From Fidelibacterota bacterium (lineage in GTDB: Bacteria; Fidelibacterota; UBA8477; JABMPR01), in assembly GCA_016784545.1 (NCBI GenBank), contig JADHUM010000007.1, positions 1,582 through 65,581 on the forward strand: DNA of 64,000 bases. Direction: 5' to 3'. The position numbers and the translations under genes are program-made. The notes under the pieces are model-generated. The model made no database searches. It saw only the letters and a program-made list of their open reading frames with translations, and was not told where the DNA came from. Below, in pieces: positions 54,410-64,000 of this stretch (within the stretch, counting starts at the first letter, position 1; the number at the start of each line of letters is the position of its first letter).

Positions 54410-55345
54410 ATGATCTTTTCGTCTGCATTTAATCGACTTAAACAAGGCTTAAGCCGTTCACGTACACAGTTTGGCAACCGTCTCAGTAAATTATTTACGG
54501 GATCAGTTCCACTCACTGATGAATTAATCGAGGAAATCGAAGAAATTCTTATCTCAGCGGATATTGGTGTTGAACTTTCCATAGACATTATCGAAGACTT
54601 GCGGAAAAATTTCCCCCTCAACCAGGTTGTTGAAATGAATTCAGTGGTAGAATTTCTTAAATCTGATCTCATGCGTCGTATGGAGGCTGATCCAACACCT
54701 GTTGAAGTGACTGAAACTCCGCATGTCATTCTGGTTGTGGGTGTAAATGGTACTGGAAAAACCACCTCCATTGGGAAATTGGCTTACCACTACACCAAAC
54801 AGGGTAAAAGCGTCCTGCTGGTAGCTGGAGATACCTTTCGTGCAGCAGCGATTGAGCAATTGGAAGTATGGTCTGAACGAAGTGGTGCAGAACTGACCAA
54901 AAAAGAAGCCGCAGATCCAAGCTCTGTGGTCTATGATGCGCTTCAAAGTGCGCGTCAGCGGGGAATAGATGTGGTTCTCATTGATACAGCTGGACGTTTG
55001 CACACTCAGAAGAACCTGATGATAGAGCTGGATAAAATCCAACGTGTCGTGAAAAAAGTGATTCCCTCCGCTCCCCACGAAACCTTATTGGTCATAGATG
55101 CAACCACAGGTCAGAACGGGCTCATTCAAGCTCGCCAGTTTTCAGAGGTCACACCAGTAGACCATCTGTTTCTCACTAAATTAGATGGAACAGCCAAGGG
55201 CGGCATAGCCATTGCCATCCATCATAACCTTGATATCCCCGTGAAGTATATTGGAATTGGCGAACAGCGTGAAGACATCCAGGATTTCGATGCAGCGAGT
55301 TATGTGCAGGCATTATTTGAGGTAGGTTCCTACCCCACGACTTAA
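54410..55345 (+). CDS. ftsY: Signal recognition particle receptor FtsY (NG domain only; no long acidic N-terminal domain).
   Basis: VVGVNGTGKTTSIGKLA, DTAGR and LTKLDGTAKGG are the SRP GTPase motifs. Confidence 0.85.
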   Translation: MIFSSAFNRLKQGLSRSRTQFGNRLSKLFTGSVPLTDELIEEIEEILISADIGVELSIDIIEDLRKNFPLNQVVEMNSVVEFLKSDLMRRMEADPTPVEVTETPHVILVVGVNGTGKTTSIGKLAYHYTKQGKSVLLVAGDTFRAAAIEQLEVWSERSGAELTKKEAADPSSVVYDALQSARQRGIDVVLIDTAGRLHTQKNLMIELDKIQRVVKKVIPSAPHETLLVIDATTGQNGLIQARQFSEVTPVDHLFLTKLDGTAKGGIAIAIHHNLDIPVKYIGIGEQREDIQDFDAASYVQALFEVGSYPTT

Positions 55346-55356
55346 GTCGTGGGGTA
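55331..55356. other. Perfect 26-bp palindrome TACCCCACGACTTAAGTCGTGGGGTA spanning the ftsY stop codon.
   Basis: The sequence is self-complementary over 26 nt. The stop TAA sits at the dyad centre. It is followed by no clear U tract. Confidence 0.6.
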
Positions 55357-55388
55357 CAACGACCGGAAGATGCTAAAATAGATTATGT

Positions 55389-56729
55389 ATGATTGCCTCA
55401 ATACAAAATAAAAAAGTCCACATCATCAGTCTTGGTTGCGTAAAGAATACTGTTGATAGTGAGATTATTGCCGGTGGTTTGGAATCTGCTGGAATACAAC
55501 TGGTTGATGAACCTGAGGATGCCAGTACCATTATTATAAACACCTGTGGTTTTATTGGAGACGCCAAGCAAGAATCGGTGGAAGTCATCCTTGAAGCGGC
55601 TCAGTTGAAAACCGATGGTCAACTTAAAGAGTTACTTGTAGCAGGCTGTCTATCAGCGCGTTACAAGAAACAGCTCACCCAGGAAATGCCTGAAGTTGAC
55701 AAGTTTTTTGTTACTGAAGATTTTAGAAACATATTTGAATATATCGCTGCCAAACCCCATCTGGCAGATGACCCTGATCATCGAAGAAAGCTGCTGACTC
55801 CCCGCCATTATGCCTATCTCAAGATCAGTGAGGGCTGCGATAATGTATGCAGTTTCTGTGCAATACCCTTGATGCGGGGCAAACAACGAAGTCGAGAAGT
55901 AGATTCTCTTATTAAAGAGGCAAGCTCATTGGTGGCTCGGGGTGTGAAGGAAATGATGGTGATTGGTCAGGACACAACCACTTACGGCTGGGACCTAAAA
56001 CCCAAACGTTATCTCCACGAACTTTTGTCAGAATTGGATGAGGTTGAAGGTCTGGAATGGATCCGTTTGCACTATGCCCACCCTTCCCATTTTTCCAGGA
56101 AGCTGATTCCCATCTTCAAGAATGCGAGGCGGATACTGCCTTATCTCGATATTCCTGTACAACATGCATCTACCAGTATGCTCACTGCAATGAAGCGTGG
56201 TCTGGATGCTGATGGTCTGAGAAGATTACTGCTTGAACTCCGACGGGAAATCCCTCGGCTTAAATTGAGAACCTCAGTAATTGTGGGTTTCCCTGGTGAA
56301 ACAGATGAAGATTTTGATACGCTGCTGAACTTCCTGGAAGAAATCCAATTTGATCGGTTAGGCGTGTTCACCTATTCCGAAGAAGAAGACACCAGTGGGG
56401 CCGATCTGGAAGATGATGTTCCTGAAGAGGTCAAAATAGCTCGCATGGATGCCGTCATGGATTTGCAGCATAGTATTGCTTTCAGTAATAATCAGGCGTT
56501 GATCGGCACAGAACTGGATATCATCATCGATAGTCCTGATCCAGATAACGAAGAGCAAATGCTGGGTCGCACCATCTGGGATGCCCCTGAGATAGACCAG
56601 CAGGTAATTGTTTCAGGTGTTTATGAGTCCGGAAGTATTGTCAAATTGAAAATAGATGATGCCGGCGCTTATGAGTTATATGCATCAGGACCAGGCAGTA
56701 CCTTCATTCCACTGGGCAATATCACCTAA
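55389..56729 (+). CDS. rimO: Ribosomal protein S12 methylthiotransferase RimO (radical SAM MTTase).
   Basis: It has an MTTase N domain (HIISLGCVKNTVDSE...NTCGF), the radical SAM motif CDNVCSFCAIP, and a C-terminal TRAM domain. Confidence 0.8.
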   Translation: MIASIQNKKVHIISLGCVKNTVDSEIIAGGLESAGIQLVDEPEDASTIIINTCGFIGDAKQESVEVILEAAQLKTDGQLKELLVAGCLSARYKKQLTQEMPEVDKFFVTEDFRNIFEYIAAKPHLADDPDHRRKLLTPRHYAYLKISEGCDNVCSFCAIPLMRGKQRSREVDSLIKEASSLVARGVKEMMVIGQDTTTYGWDLKPKRYLHELLSELDEVEGLEWIRLHYAHPSHFSRKLIPIFKNARRILPYLDIPVQHASTSMLTAMKRGLDADGLRRLLLELRREIPRLKLRTSVIVGFPGETDEDFDTLLNFLEEIQFDRLGVFTYSEEEDTSGADLEDDVPEEVKIARMDAVMDLQHSIAFSNNQALIGTELDIIIDSPDPDNEEQMLGRTIWDAPEIDQQVIVSGVYESGSIVKLKIDDAGAYELYASGPGSTFIPLGNIT

Positions 56730-56827
56730 ATACTTCTCTCGGCTAATGATTGCCAGACTTCTTGCTGGCATAAGCATGTGGAAATGCTTATATCTTAGCA
56801 TCTTTCAACTCATAATCAGGATACGAT

Positions 56828-59554
56828 ATGACCGATAAAAAATCCAAAGTAATATATTTAATAGATGGTTCAGCCCTCGTTTATAGATCTCATTTTGCCT
56901 TCATTAGAAATCCCCTGATCAACTCCAAGGGGCAATTGGTGAGTGCCATTTTTGGTTTTATGAATGCCCTGCTGCGACTCATGACCCGTGAGAATCCAGA
57001 ATATCTGGCGGTTATCATGGATACCAAGGAGAAGACCTTTAGACATAAGCAGTATCCAGATTACAAAGCGACTCGTGAAAAGATGCCTGATGAATTGGCA
57101 GCTCAGTTGCCTGTGATCGATGATATCGTCACCAAACTAAATATACCTTACGTCAAGCGTGAAGGTTTTGAAGCTGATGACATTATTGGAACCCTTTCGA
57201 AACTTGGAGCTGAACAGGGCTTTGAAGTAAAAGTTCTATCTGGAGATAAAGACTTTGCCCAATTGGTCAATGACAAGGTTCAAATCGTAAATCCCAAGGA
57301 CAATCAGGTCTGGACATCCGCCTACGTTGAAGAAAAGTGGGGAGTCCCGCCAGAAAAAATCATCGATTTATTGGGACTTATGGGAGATGCCTCTGATAAT
57401 GTGCCCGGTGTCCCTGGTGTAGGCCCCAAAACAGCCGTTAAGCTGATTCAGGAACATGGGACCATGCTGGAGCTCTATGAGAAACTGGATGATGTAAAAA
57501 ATCCAAAATTGAAGCTCAAGCTGGAGGAGAACAAGGAAAAGGCATTGTTATCTCGTGAATTGGTTACCATAAAAACCGATATGGAAGATATGCCCACCTG
57601 GGAAGAGATTCGTATCGAATCCATGAATATTGATGCAGCCCGTAGTGTTTTTCAAGAATTTGAACTGTTCAACCTCATGAAGCCTCTTGATGATGTACGG
57701 GCACTTTACGCATCAGGTGATGCACCTGCTCGTGAGGAGCGATCACGCAATTATACTGTGGTAAAACACATTCCAGAGCTTATTGAACTGGTGGAAATCC
57801 TCAAGAGCAAAAAAATGGTCGCCTTCGATCTGGAAACCACCAGTCTGGATGTCCTCACCACAGAGATTGTTGGATTATCCTTTGCCTGGGAAGCCAATAG
57901 CGCCGTGTACATAGCCGTAAAATATCCCAATCCGCCTGATGGATGCTTTACTGCTGAGGATATTGATATCGTCCTGAGAGAGCTAAAACCATTCTGGGAC
58001 TCTGAGTCTATCAAAAAGACGGGTCACAATCTCAAATTTGATTTATCTGTCCTGAAAAGCTATGGAATTCAAGTAGCCGGTGTTGGTTTTGATTCACAAA
58101 TCGCAGGGTATCTGGTGAATCCAGGTGGACGTGGTTATGGAATGAATGACCTCAGTGTCCAGCATTTGGGTATAGATCCCATTCATATTGAAGAATTGAT
58201 AGGGAAGGGTAAAGACCAGATTACCATGGATCTGGTAACCCTGGATGTCATTAGTGAATATGCAGCTGAGGATGCTGATATATCCTACCAGCTCTACGAG
58301 ATCCTTTCTGAAAAAATTGAGACGGATAAACTCACTTCAGTTCTCAATGACATAGATTTGCCCCTGATTCCAGTCCTCATGGATATGGAACGTGAGGGGA
58401 CCTTTGTGGATGCAAAAATTCTGAATGAAATGTCAGTGAGCCTGAGGCAGGAACTTGTCCGCCTGGAAAAAGCCATCTTCCAAGAAGCCGGTGAAGAGTT
58501 TAATGTGGCCTCTCCGCGTCAAGTGGCTGAGATACTCTTTGAGAAAAAAGGCATCAAACCCATTCGCAAGACCAAGACAGGCTATTCCACTGATGTGAAT
58601 GTCCTGCAAATATTGGCCAAGGAACATGCCATTCCCCGTTATATGCTGGATTACCGGCAAGTTGCCAAACTCAAATCCACCTATACAGACACTTTGCCAT
58701 TGTTGATTCATGAGAAAACAGGTCGAATTCATTCCAATTTTAACCAGACTATTGCTGCCACGGGTCGCTTGAGTTCCACCAATCCAAATTTTCAGAACAT
58801 ACCGGTTCGAACTGAATTGGGTAGGGACATCCGCAAGGCTTTTAGACCACAGTCCAGTGGGTGGAAAATTATAGCCGCTGATTATTCACAGATAGAACTC
58901 AGGTTGATGGCCCAGTACTCCAAGGATGAGCGCCTCATTCAGGCCTTCAAGAATGGTGAAGATATTCATACTGCCACAGCAGCTCATGTTTTTGGAACCA
59001 ACCTCTTTGGTGTCTCAGATGATCAACGTCGTCGCGCCAAGGTGGTGAATTTTGGAATTATGTATGGGGCTGGTCCGTTTCGCATGTCCAACGAACTGGA
59101 AATAAGCAGGGGAGAAGCGGCTGAATTGATCACCAATTACTTCAATACCTATCCAGGTATTCGAAATTATCTGGATGAGACCATCGAATTTGCCCGTGAA
59201 AATAAGTTCGTCCAGACCCTCTTTGGTAGAAGGCGTCCCGTCCCGGATATTGATGCTTCAAATCGAATGAGCAGAGAAGGAGCAGAACGCATCGCCACAA
59301 ATATGCCCATTCAGGGAACTGCTGCCGACATCATCAAATTGGCCATGATCCAGGTCCATAAGCGGATTAAAGCAGAGGGATTGAAGACCAAGATGATCCT
59401 TCAGGTGCATGATGAGCTGGTGTTTGAAGTTCCAGAGGATGAAATTGAAGCGCTAACTCCCCTGGCTAGAGAGACCATGGAGCGAACTGTTGATCTGGAT
59501 ATTCCTCTTACAGTTGATATTGGAATAGGTGACAATTGGTTGGAAGCTCACTAG
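56828..59554 (+). CDS. polA: DNA polymerase I.
   Basis: 908 aa. It has a 5'-3' exonuclease N-terminus (GDASDNVPGVPGVGPKTA), a 3'-5' exonuclease region, and polymerase motifs including RRRAKVVNFGIMYG (motif B) and QVHDELVFE (motif C). Confidence 0.95.
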   Translation: MTDKKSKVIYLIDGSALVYRSHFAFIRNPLINSKGQLVSAIFGFMNALLRLMTRENPEYLAVIMDTKEKTFRHKQYPDYKATREKMPDELAAQLPVIDDIVTKLNIPYVKREGFEADDIIGTLSKLGAEQGFEVKVLSGDKDFAQLVNDKVQIVNPKDNQVWTSAYVEEKWGVPPEKIIDLLGLMGDASDNVPGVPGVGPKTAVKLIQEHGTMLELYEKLDDVKNPKLKLKLEENKEKALLSRELVTIKTDMEDMPTWEEIRIESMNIDAARSVFQEFELFNLMKPLDDVRALYASGDAPAREERSRNYTVVKHIPELIELVEILKSKKMVAFDLETTSLDVLTTEIVGLSFAWEANSAVYIAVKYPNPPDGCFTAEDIDIVLRELKPFWDSESIKKTGHNLKFDLSVLKSYGIQVAGVGFDSQIAGYLVNPGGRGYGMNDLSVQHLGIDPIHIEELIGKGKDQITMDLVTLDVISEYAAEDADISYQLYEILSEKIETDKLTSVLNDIDLPLIPVLMDMEREGTFVDAKILNEMSVSLRQELVRLEKAIFQEAGEEFNVASPRQVAEILFEKKGIKPIRKTKTGYSTDVNVLQILAKEHAIPRYMLDYRQVAKLKSTYTDTLPLLIHEKTGRIHSNFNQTIAATGRLSSTNPNFQNIPVRTELGRDIRKAFRPQSSGWKIIAADYSQIELRLMAQYSKDERLIQAFKNGEDIHTATAAHVFGTNLFGVSDDQRRRAKVVNFGIMYGAGPFRMSNELEISRGEAAELITNYFNTYPGIRNYLDETIEFARENKFVQTLFGRRRPVPDIDASNRMSREGAERIATNMPIQGTAADIIKLAMIQVHKRIKAEGLKTKMILQVHDELVFEVPEDEIEALTPLARETMERTVDLDIPLTVDIGIGDNWLEAH

Positions 59555-59814
59555 CCTCCACGGGAAAAAAATCTCCAAATTTCCCTGATTTACGAGTTAA
59601 TAAATATTCCGAATTAACTAACCCGCGTTATATTTTGGGCACATGCTATTTGTTTTATCAGTTTGGTGATTCATTAAATGGTCCTGTTTCAGGATTGTTT
59701 AATTGAAATATGTTGCACGCTGTCGCACAGGTCAAAATGACTGGTTTGGTTTTCAGGGGGCAATAAATAATAGAAATGATTTATATGAGACGTTCTGTTG
59801 ATGGAGGATCTGTC

Positions 59815-60822
59815 ATGAAGAAATTGATCATAATCACTCTTGCTGCAAGTATGCTGGTACAGGTTGGTTTTGCTCAGAATAAATTGGGTCAAACAGGGGC
59901 ACAATTCTTAAGCGTTGGCTCAGATGCCTGGGGCGGTGGGATGGCAGAAGCCATGACCATCATTGAGATGAGAAGCGCCTCCTTGCTTTTCAACCCAGCT
60001 GGTATGGCACGCATGGATGCCACCATAGACATTATGGCCAGTCAGAATCAATGGATCGGCGATATCACCCACAATTTATTTACGGTGGCCTTCAATCCTG
60101 CTGATGGGAAGTATGGTGTCATCGGAGCCTCTCTCATGACAGTCGACTACGGTGAGATGCAGGGAACCATGGTTTGGGGGAACGATAAGGGCTATATCGA
60201 TACTGAGATGCTTAGACCCAGTGCCTATGCTGCTGGTGTTGGTTATGCCACTGCCCTCAGTGATAAATTCGCAGTGGGAGGTCAGATAAAATATATTGGC
60301 TTAAATTATGCAAGAAGTGTCTACCCTGACGAATATGGCAATGCTGATACTGTTAAAAACCATATTGCTTTCGCAAACGCTTTTGATGTAGGTACCATTT
60401 TTAAAACGGGTTGGCATAGCCTGGCATTCGGTATGTCAGTTCGCAATTTCTCCGATGAAATAAAAATGGAGAAAGAGAGTTTCCAATTGCCCCTGACCTT
60501 CTCATTAGGGATTGGTATGGATGTGTTTGATCTGTTTCGTGAAAGTATGGGAAATCAGCAGCTTCAGGTGGCTGTTGATGCTCTGCACTATCGTTCACAT
60601 CCGGAGCAACTGAAAATCGGCCTCGAATATAAACCGGTCAGTCTCCTTGCCCTGCGGACGGGATTCTATACAAGTGAAGATGAGAATACAGATAGTTTTG
60701 ATCAGAATGACCTGACCTTTGGGGTGGGAATTCAACAATTCGGATTGGTATTTGACTATGCTTACACACCAAAAGGCGTGTGGAACGAAGTGCATCGTGT
60801 CTCAGCACGATTTTCATTCTGA
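59815..60822 (+). CDS. PorV/PorQ-family outer-membrane beta-barrel protein, paralogous to 18578..19576.
   Basis: A signal peptide (MKKLIIITLAASMLVQVGFAQ) is followed by LGQTGAQFLSV...SLLFNPAGMA, and the protein ends in a C-terminal ...SARFSF. It shares FGMS(I/V)RNFS and LGLEY blocks with the first copy. Confidence 0.55.
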   Translation: MKKLIIITLAASMLVQVGFAQNKLGQTGAQFLSVGSDAWGGGMAEAMTIIEMRSASLLFNPAGMARMDATIDIMASQNQWIGDITHNLFTVAFNPADGKYGVIGASLMTVDYGEMQGTMVWGNDKGYIDTEMLRPSAYAAGVGYATALSDKFAVGGQIKYIGLNYARSVYPDEYGNADTVKNHIAFANAFDVGTIFKTGWHSLAFGMSVRNFSDEIKMEKESFQLPLTFSLGIGMDVFDLFRESMGNQQLQVAVDALHYRSHPEQLKIGLEYKPVSLLALRTGFYTSEDENTDSFDQNDLTFGVGIQQFGLVFDYAYTPKGVWNEVHRVSARFSF

Positions 60823-60842
60823 GATCTGGGGAGGATAAGCAC

Positions 60843-63800
60843 ATGACTTTTACAAAAAATATTTTAAGAGCCGTTATTCTTCTTGGTGCCCTGAACCTGG
60901 TATTCGGTGGACAAACGGGAAAAATTTCTGGAACCATTCGTGACAATCAAAACGGTGAACCCATGGTTGGTGTCAACATTGTCATTGATCAACTTGGTGT
61001 GGGTGCAACTACAGACATGCGTGGTCAATACTATATCTTGAATATCCCACCAGGAAACTACACCCTGCGCTTTATGATGATCGGCTATGCACCCATTATC
61101 AATGAAGAAGTCGGAGTGGCAATGGATCAGACCACAATCATCAATCATGACATGACATTCAAAGTGCTTGGTGTAGAGGAAGTCCGCGTCACAGCCACCC
61201 GACCCGTTGTTGTGAAAGATTTATCAGCCAGTCAAATGTATATAAAAGAAGAAGCCATTTCTGAAATTCCAATTGATAATGTGGCCAGCCTGGTTGGTCT
61301 ACAGGCAGGAGCCGAAGGCGTTTCCATACGCGGTGGCGGCAGTTCACAAACTGCTTTTATTGTGGATGGGTTTCAGCTGAATGATGGACGTTCAAATATG
61401 CCGACCCTGGCACTATCCCTGAGTTCAGTGAAAGAAGTCCAGGTACAATCCGGTGGTTTTAATGCAGAATATGGAAATATTCGCTCTGGAATCATTAATG
61501 TGATTACTGCCGAAGGTAGCCAAACCGGAATGACAGGATCATTTTCATATTATTATTCGCCTCCTGCTCCCAAAAACTTTGGAATTTCTCCCTATGATGC
61601 TACTTCGTACTATTTGAGGCCATATCTTGACGATGCTGTGGCCTGGATGGGGACCACTGGTGAGAATTATGAAGATTTAAACTCCAACCAGGAGTATGAT
61701 CCCAATGAACCTTTTGAAGATTTCAATGGCGATGGGGAATGGACAGGTTGGGACAGCTATACAAGGGCTCAATATGCAGATTTTGAAGGGTGGAATGCCC
61801 GCTCTTTGATCACCCTCCAGGATGATGATCCCACCAATGATCTGACCCCTGCTGCAGCTCAGCGGGAATTCCTGTGGAAGCACCGCAGAGAAGGATTTAT
61901 TACTGATCCTGATTACACCCTTGATTTTGGTTTTGGTGGAGGTGTTCCCGGGATGGAATCCCTTGGAAATACGAGATTTTACCTCAGTCATCGCAGCGAA
62001 AGGACAGGTTTTGTTGTACCTCTCGTGCGGGATGCCTATTCATCAAATACAACCAGGTTGAAATTGAATTCTGACATTTCTAAAAACATGAAGCTGACCT
62101 CAACCTTTGCCTACTCAGAAGATCGATCGGCGAGTACCTATAGCTGGACGACGACACCAACTGGGGCCATGGTTAGCTCAGTCTATAGCGTGGCCAGTCT
62201 GGTGAAGGGTGGGAGTAACATACTCTTCATGCCGGCTTATTATAGCCCGGCAGATATCTACCGCACGAATGTTGGTTTTAAACTCAACCATATGCTGGAC
62301 GAGAGCAGTTTCTATGAAGTGGTCTATCAATATTTAAGAAATAAGTATTCAACTTTTGGTACTGAGGCGCGAAGTGACAGCCTGTATGAGATTTCTCCCG
62401 GGGTATGGCGAGATGAGGCTCCCTACGGCTATGACGGTGGGGAGTGGATGAATTTGGGCCGAGATAACAGTCTTATTCAGAATCATTCAATTAAAATCGA
62501 TTACACACGTCAGGTGAATGATAAAAATCAGATAAAAACTGGTTTCGCCTTCAATTATGCTGATTTGCAGATACGTTCATCTACGGAAAGTGATAAAGAT
62601 ACCTGGACCCGAGATCAGATTTATGATCGACCTCCCTTTAGTATGGCTCTATATGTCCAGGACAAACTCGAGTATGAAGGATTTATAGCAAATGTAGGTC
62701 TACGAGCTGAGTTAAATAATCCCAATGCTCCCATTTATAAATTGGATATATATGATCCGACCTTTGGTCAGGGGTATGGGGCTGATCTGGAGGAAACTGC
62801 TGAAACAGAAGATGCCAAGAGTATCTGGACGCTCAGCCCTCGTCTGGGTGTCTCACATCCCATTACGGATCACTCCAAACTCTACTTTAACTATGGTCAT
62901 TTTCATTCTGAACCTGCCTCATCCTATAGATTCCGTTTGCAGAGAGAATCCAATGGACAGGTAACTTCAATCGGGAATCCAAATCTAGAGATGGAACGAA
63001 CCATTGCCTATGAACTTGGTTATTCCCACAGTATCTATGAGAAATATCTCCTAAATGTTGCTACCTACTACAAGGATGTATCCAAACAACCTGGATGGAT
63101 CACTTATACGAATGTAGGCGGTTCGGTTAACTACATCATACCTGAGAATAACAATTATGCTGATATCAGAGGTATGGAATTCACTCTATCCAAGCTGGAG
63201 GGAAGATGGTTAACAGGTTTTATTAATTACACATATATGGTGCAAACATCAGGTTACTTTGGTTTACGCCATTATTATCAGGATCCTATTGAGCAGCGGG
63301 ATTATAACAATATCAATCCAGTTGAATCAAGATCTGTACCCACTCCTTTTGCACGTATGAATCTGGTACTGCATACTCCCAAAAAATACGGACCATCCCT
63401 GGGTGGTTTCAGACCACTGGAGGACTGGGGACTGACCTTCCTGACCAGTTTTCGGGCGGGATCTACCTGGAATTGGACAGAAAATAATCGTACACGCTCT
63501 CGTCCCTGGGTGGATACCTATAGCATCAGTAGTCGGTTATCTAGAACCTTTAAGTCAGATATGGGAGATCTTGAATTTTTTATGGATATCTCTAATCTCT
63601 TGAATTCAAAATGGCTGAGCTATGCTGGTTTTGCAGGAAGCAGAGACTGGGAAGCCTATCGCGCTTCACTTCATCTCCCATGGGAAGAAGGTACTGAGCA
63701 CGGGAATGATGAGTTAGGTGTATATAGATCATGGGATACTGAATACCGACCCATTTTTGCTGTTGACAGTATCGGAATTGTCCAGGGAGCACCACAATCC

Positions 63801-64000
63801 CACGAGATATATTGGGACGAGAGCAATGATACTTACAGAAAATGGAATGATAGCACAAATGATTGGGATGATACACCTATCAGCCAGTCAGACATTGACA
63901 AATTGATTGAAGACAAGGCCTATATTGATATGCCTAATATCCGGTCCATGAGTTTTCTTAATCCTCGCCAGTTCACTATTGGCGTAAGAATTAAGTTTTG
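60843..64000 (+). CDS. SusC-like TonB-dependent receptor with a CarboxypepD_reg domain, paralogous to 13389..16445. The 3' end runs beyond the window.
   Basis: A GGGGAGGA SD precedes the ATG. It has GKISGTIRDNQNGEPMVGVNIVIDQ...YYILNIPPGNYTLRFMMIGY, and the plug GGFNAEYGNIRSG. The reading frame stays open to the window end, and the last residues ...RQFTIGVRIKF mirror the ...RRFTFGLRVNF of the first copy. Confidence 0.7.
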   Translation, partial: MTFTKNILRAVILLGALNLVFGGQTGKISGTIRDNQNGEPMVGVNIVIDQLGVGATTDMRGQYYILNIPPGNYTLRFMMIGYAPIINEEVGVAMDQTTIINHDMTFKVLGVEEVRVTATRPVVVKDLSASQMYIKEEAISEIPIDNVASLVGLQAGAEGVSIRGGGSSQTAFIVDGFQLNDGRSNMPTLALSLSSVKEVQVQSGGFNAEYGNIRSGIINVITAEGSQTGMTGSFSYYYSPPAPKNFGISPYDATSYYLRPYLDDAVAWMGTTGENYEDLNSNQEYDPNEPFEDFNGDGEWTGWDSYTRAQYADFEGWNARSLITLQDDDPTNDLTPAAAQREFLWKHRREGFITDPDYTLDFGFGGGVPGMESLGNTRFYLSHRSERTGFVVPLVRDAYSSNTTRLKLNSDISKNMKLTSTFAYSEDRSASTYSWTTTPTGAMVSSVYSVASLVKGGSNILFMPAYYSPADIYRTNVGFKLNHMLDESSFYEVVYQYLRNKYSTFGTEARSDSLYEISPGVWRDEAPYGYDGGEWMNLGRDNSLIQNHSIKIDYTRQVNDKNQIKTGFAFNYADLQIRSSTESDKDTWTRDQIYDRPPFSMALYVQDKLEYEGFIANVGLRAELNNPNAPIYKLDIYDPTFGQGYGADLEETAETEDAKSIWTLSPRLGVSHPITDHSKLYFNYGHFHSEPASSYRFRLQRESNGQVTSIGNPNLEMERTIAYELGYSHSIYEKYLLNVATYYKDVSKQPGWITYTNVGGSVNYIIPENNNYADIRGMEFTLSKLEGRWLTGFINYTYMVQTSGYFGLRHYYQDPIEQRDYNNINPVESRSVPTPFARMNLVLHTPKKYGPSLGGFRPLEDWGLTFLTSFRAGSTWNWTENNRTRSRPWVDTYSISSRLSRTFKSDMGDLEFFMDISNLLNSKWLSYAGFAGSRDWEAYRASLHLPWEEGTEHGNDELGVYRSWDTEYRPIFAVDSIGIVQGAPQSHEIYWDESNDTYRKWNDSTNDWDDTPISQSDIDKLIEDKAYIDMPNIRSMSFLNPRQFTIGVRIKF

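Overview
The window carries about 55 genes and reads like a bacterial chromosome segment. It is probably from a T9SS-bearing member of the FCB group (Bacteroidota-like): three proteins end in a Por_Secre_tail-type C-terminal sorting domain (YPNPFNP...IRYDLP...VYD..GR), and there are PorV-like outer-membrane barrels and SusC-like receptors carrying a CarboxypepD_reg domain. No integrase, transposase or CRISPR array was seen.

Layout, from low to high coordinate:
- 1..1000: a partial T9SS-cargo protein, then a tRNA-Leu 3'-fragment (copy A).
- 1121..10479: a compact metal-homeostasis cluster. It holds MntP, a HupE/UreJ protein, a CDF transporter, small Cys/His-rich proteins, an HMA-AraC regulator, a DUF4396 protein, a Met/His-rich lipoprotein, an HMA-CDF protein and a multicopper oxidase with a T9SS tail.
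- ~10550..10710: a second tRNA-Leu 3'-fragment (copy B).
- 10837..36504: a carbohydrate block. It holds a phosphotransferase, a lipoprotein, a SusC-like TonB receptor, a 701-aa secreted protein, a PorV-like barrel, an (alpha/alpha)6 glycoside hydrolase, a LysA-like decarboxylase, a GH2 beta-galactosidase, a metzincin with a T9SS tail, LacI, GalM, a Na+/solute symporter, GalT, GalK and an AGCS symporter.
- 36677..36904: an intact tRNA-Leu(UAA) and tRNA-Cys(GCA) on the minus strand, followed by ~120-bp tandem repeats.
- 37385..59554: housekeeping genes, including groEL without groES, dut, a GH3-beta-lactamase-fold fusion, an ROK regulator, rpsT, crp-like, meaB, tatC, ispB, ftsY, rimO and polA.
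- 59815..64000: a second PorV-like barrel and a second SusC-like receptor that runs off the window.

The most notable structure is three direct repeats, each a tRNA-Leu 3' part plus a conserved ~29-bp box. They bound a ~9.7-kb metal island and a ~26-kb segment. The second notable structure is the duplicated outer-membrane locus architecture (SusC-like plus PorV-like).
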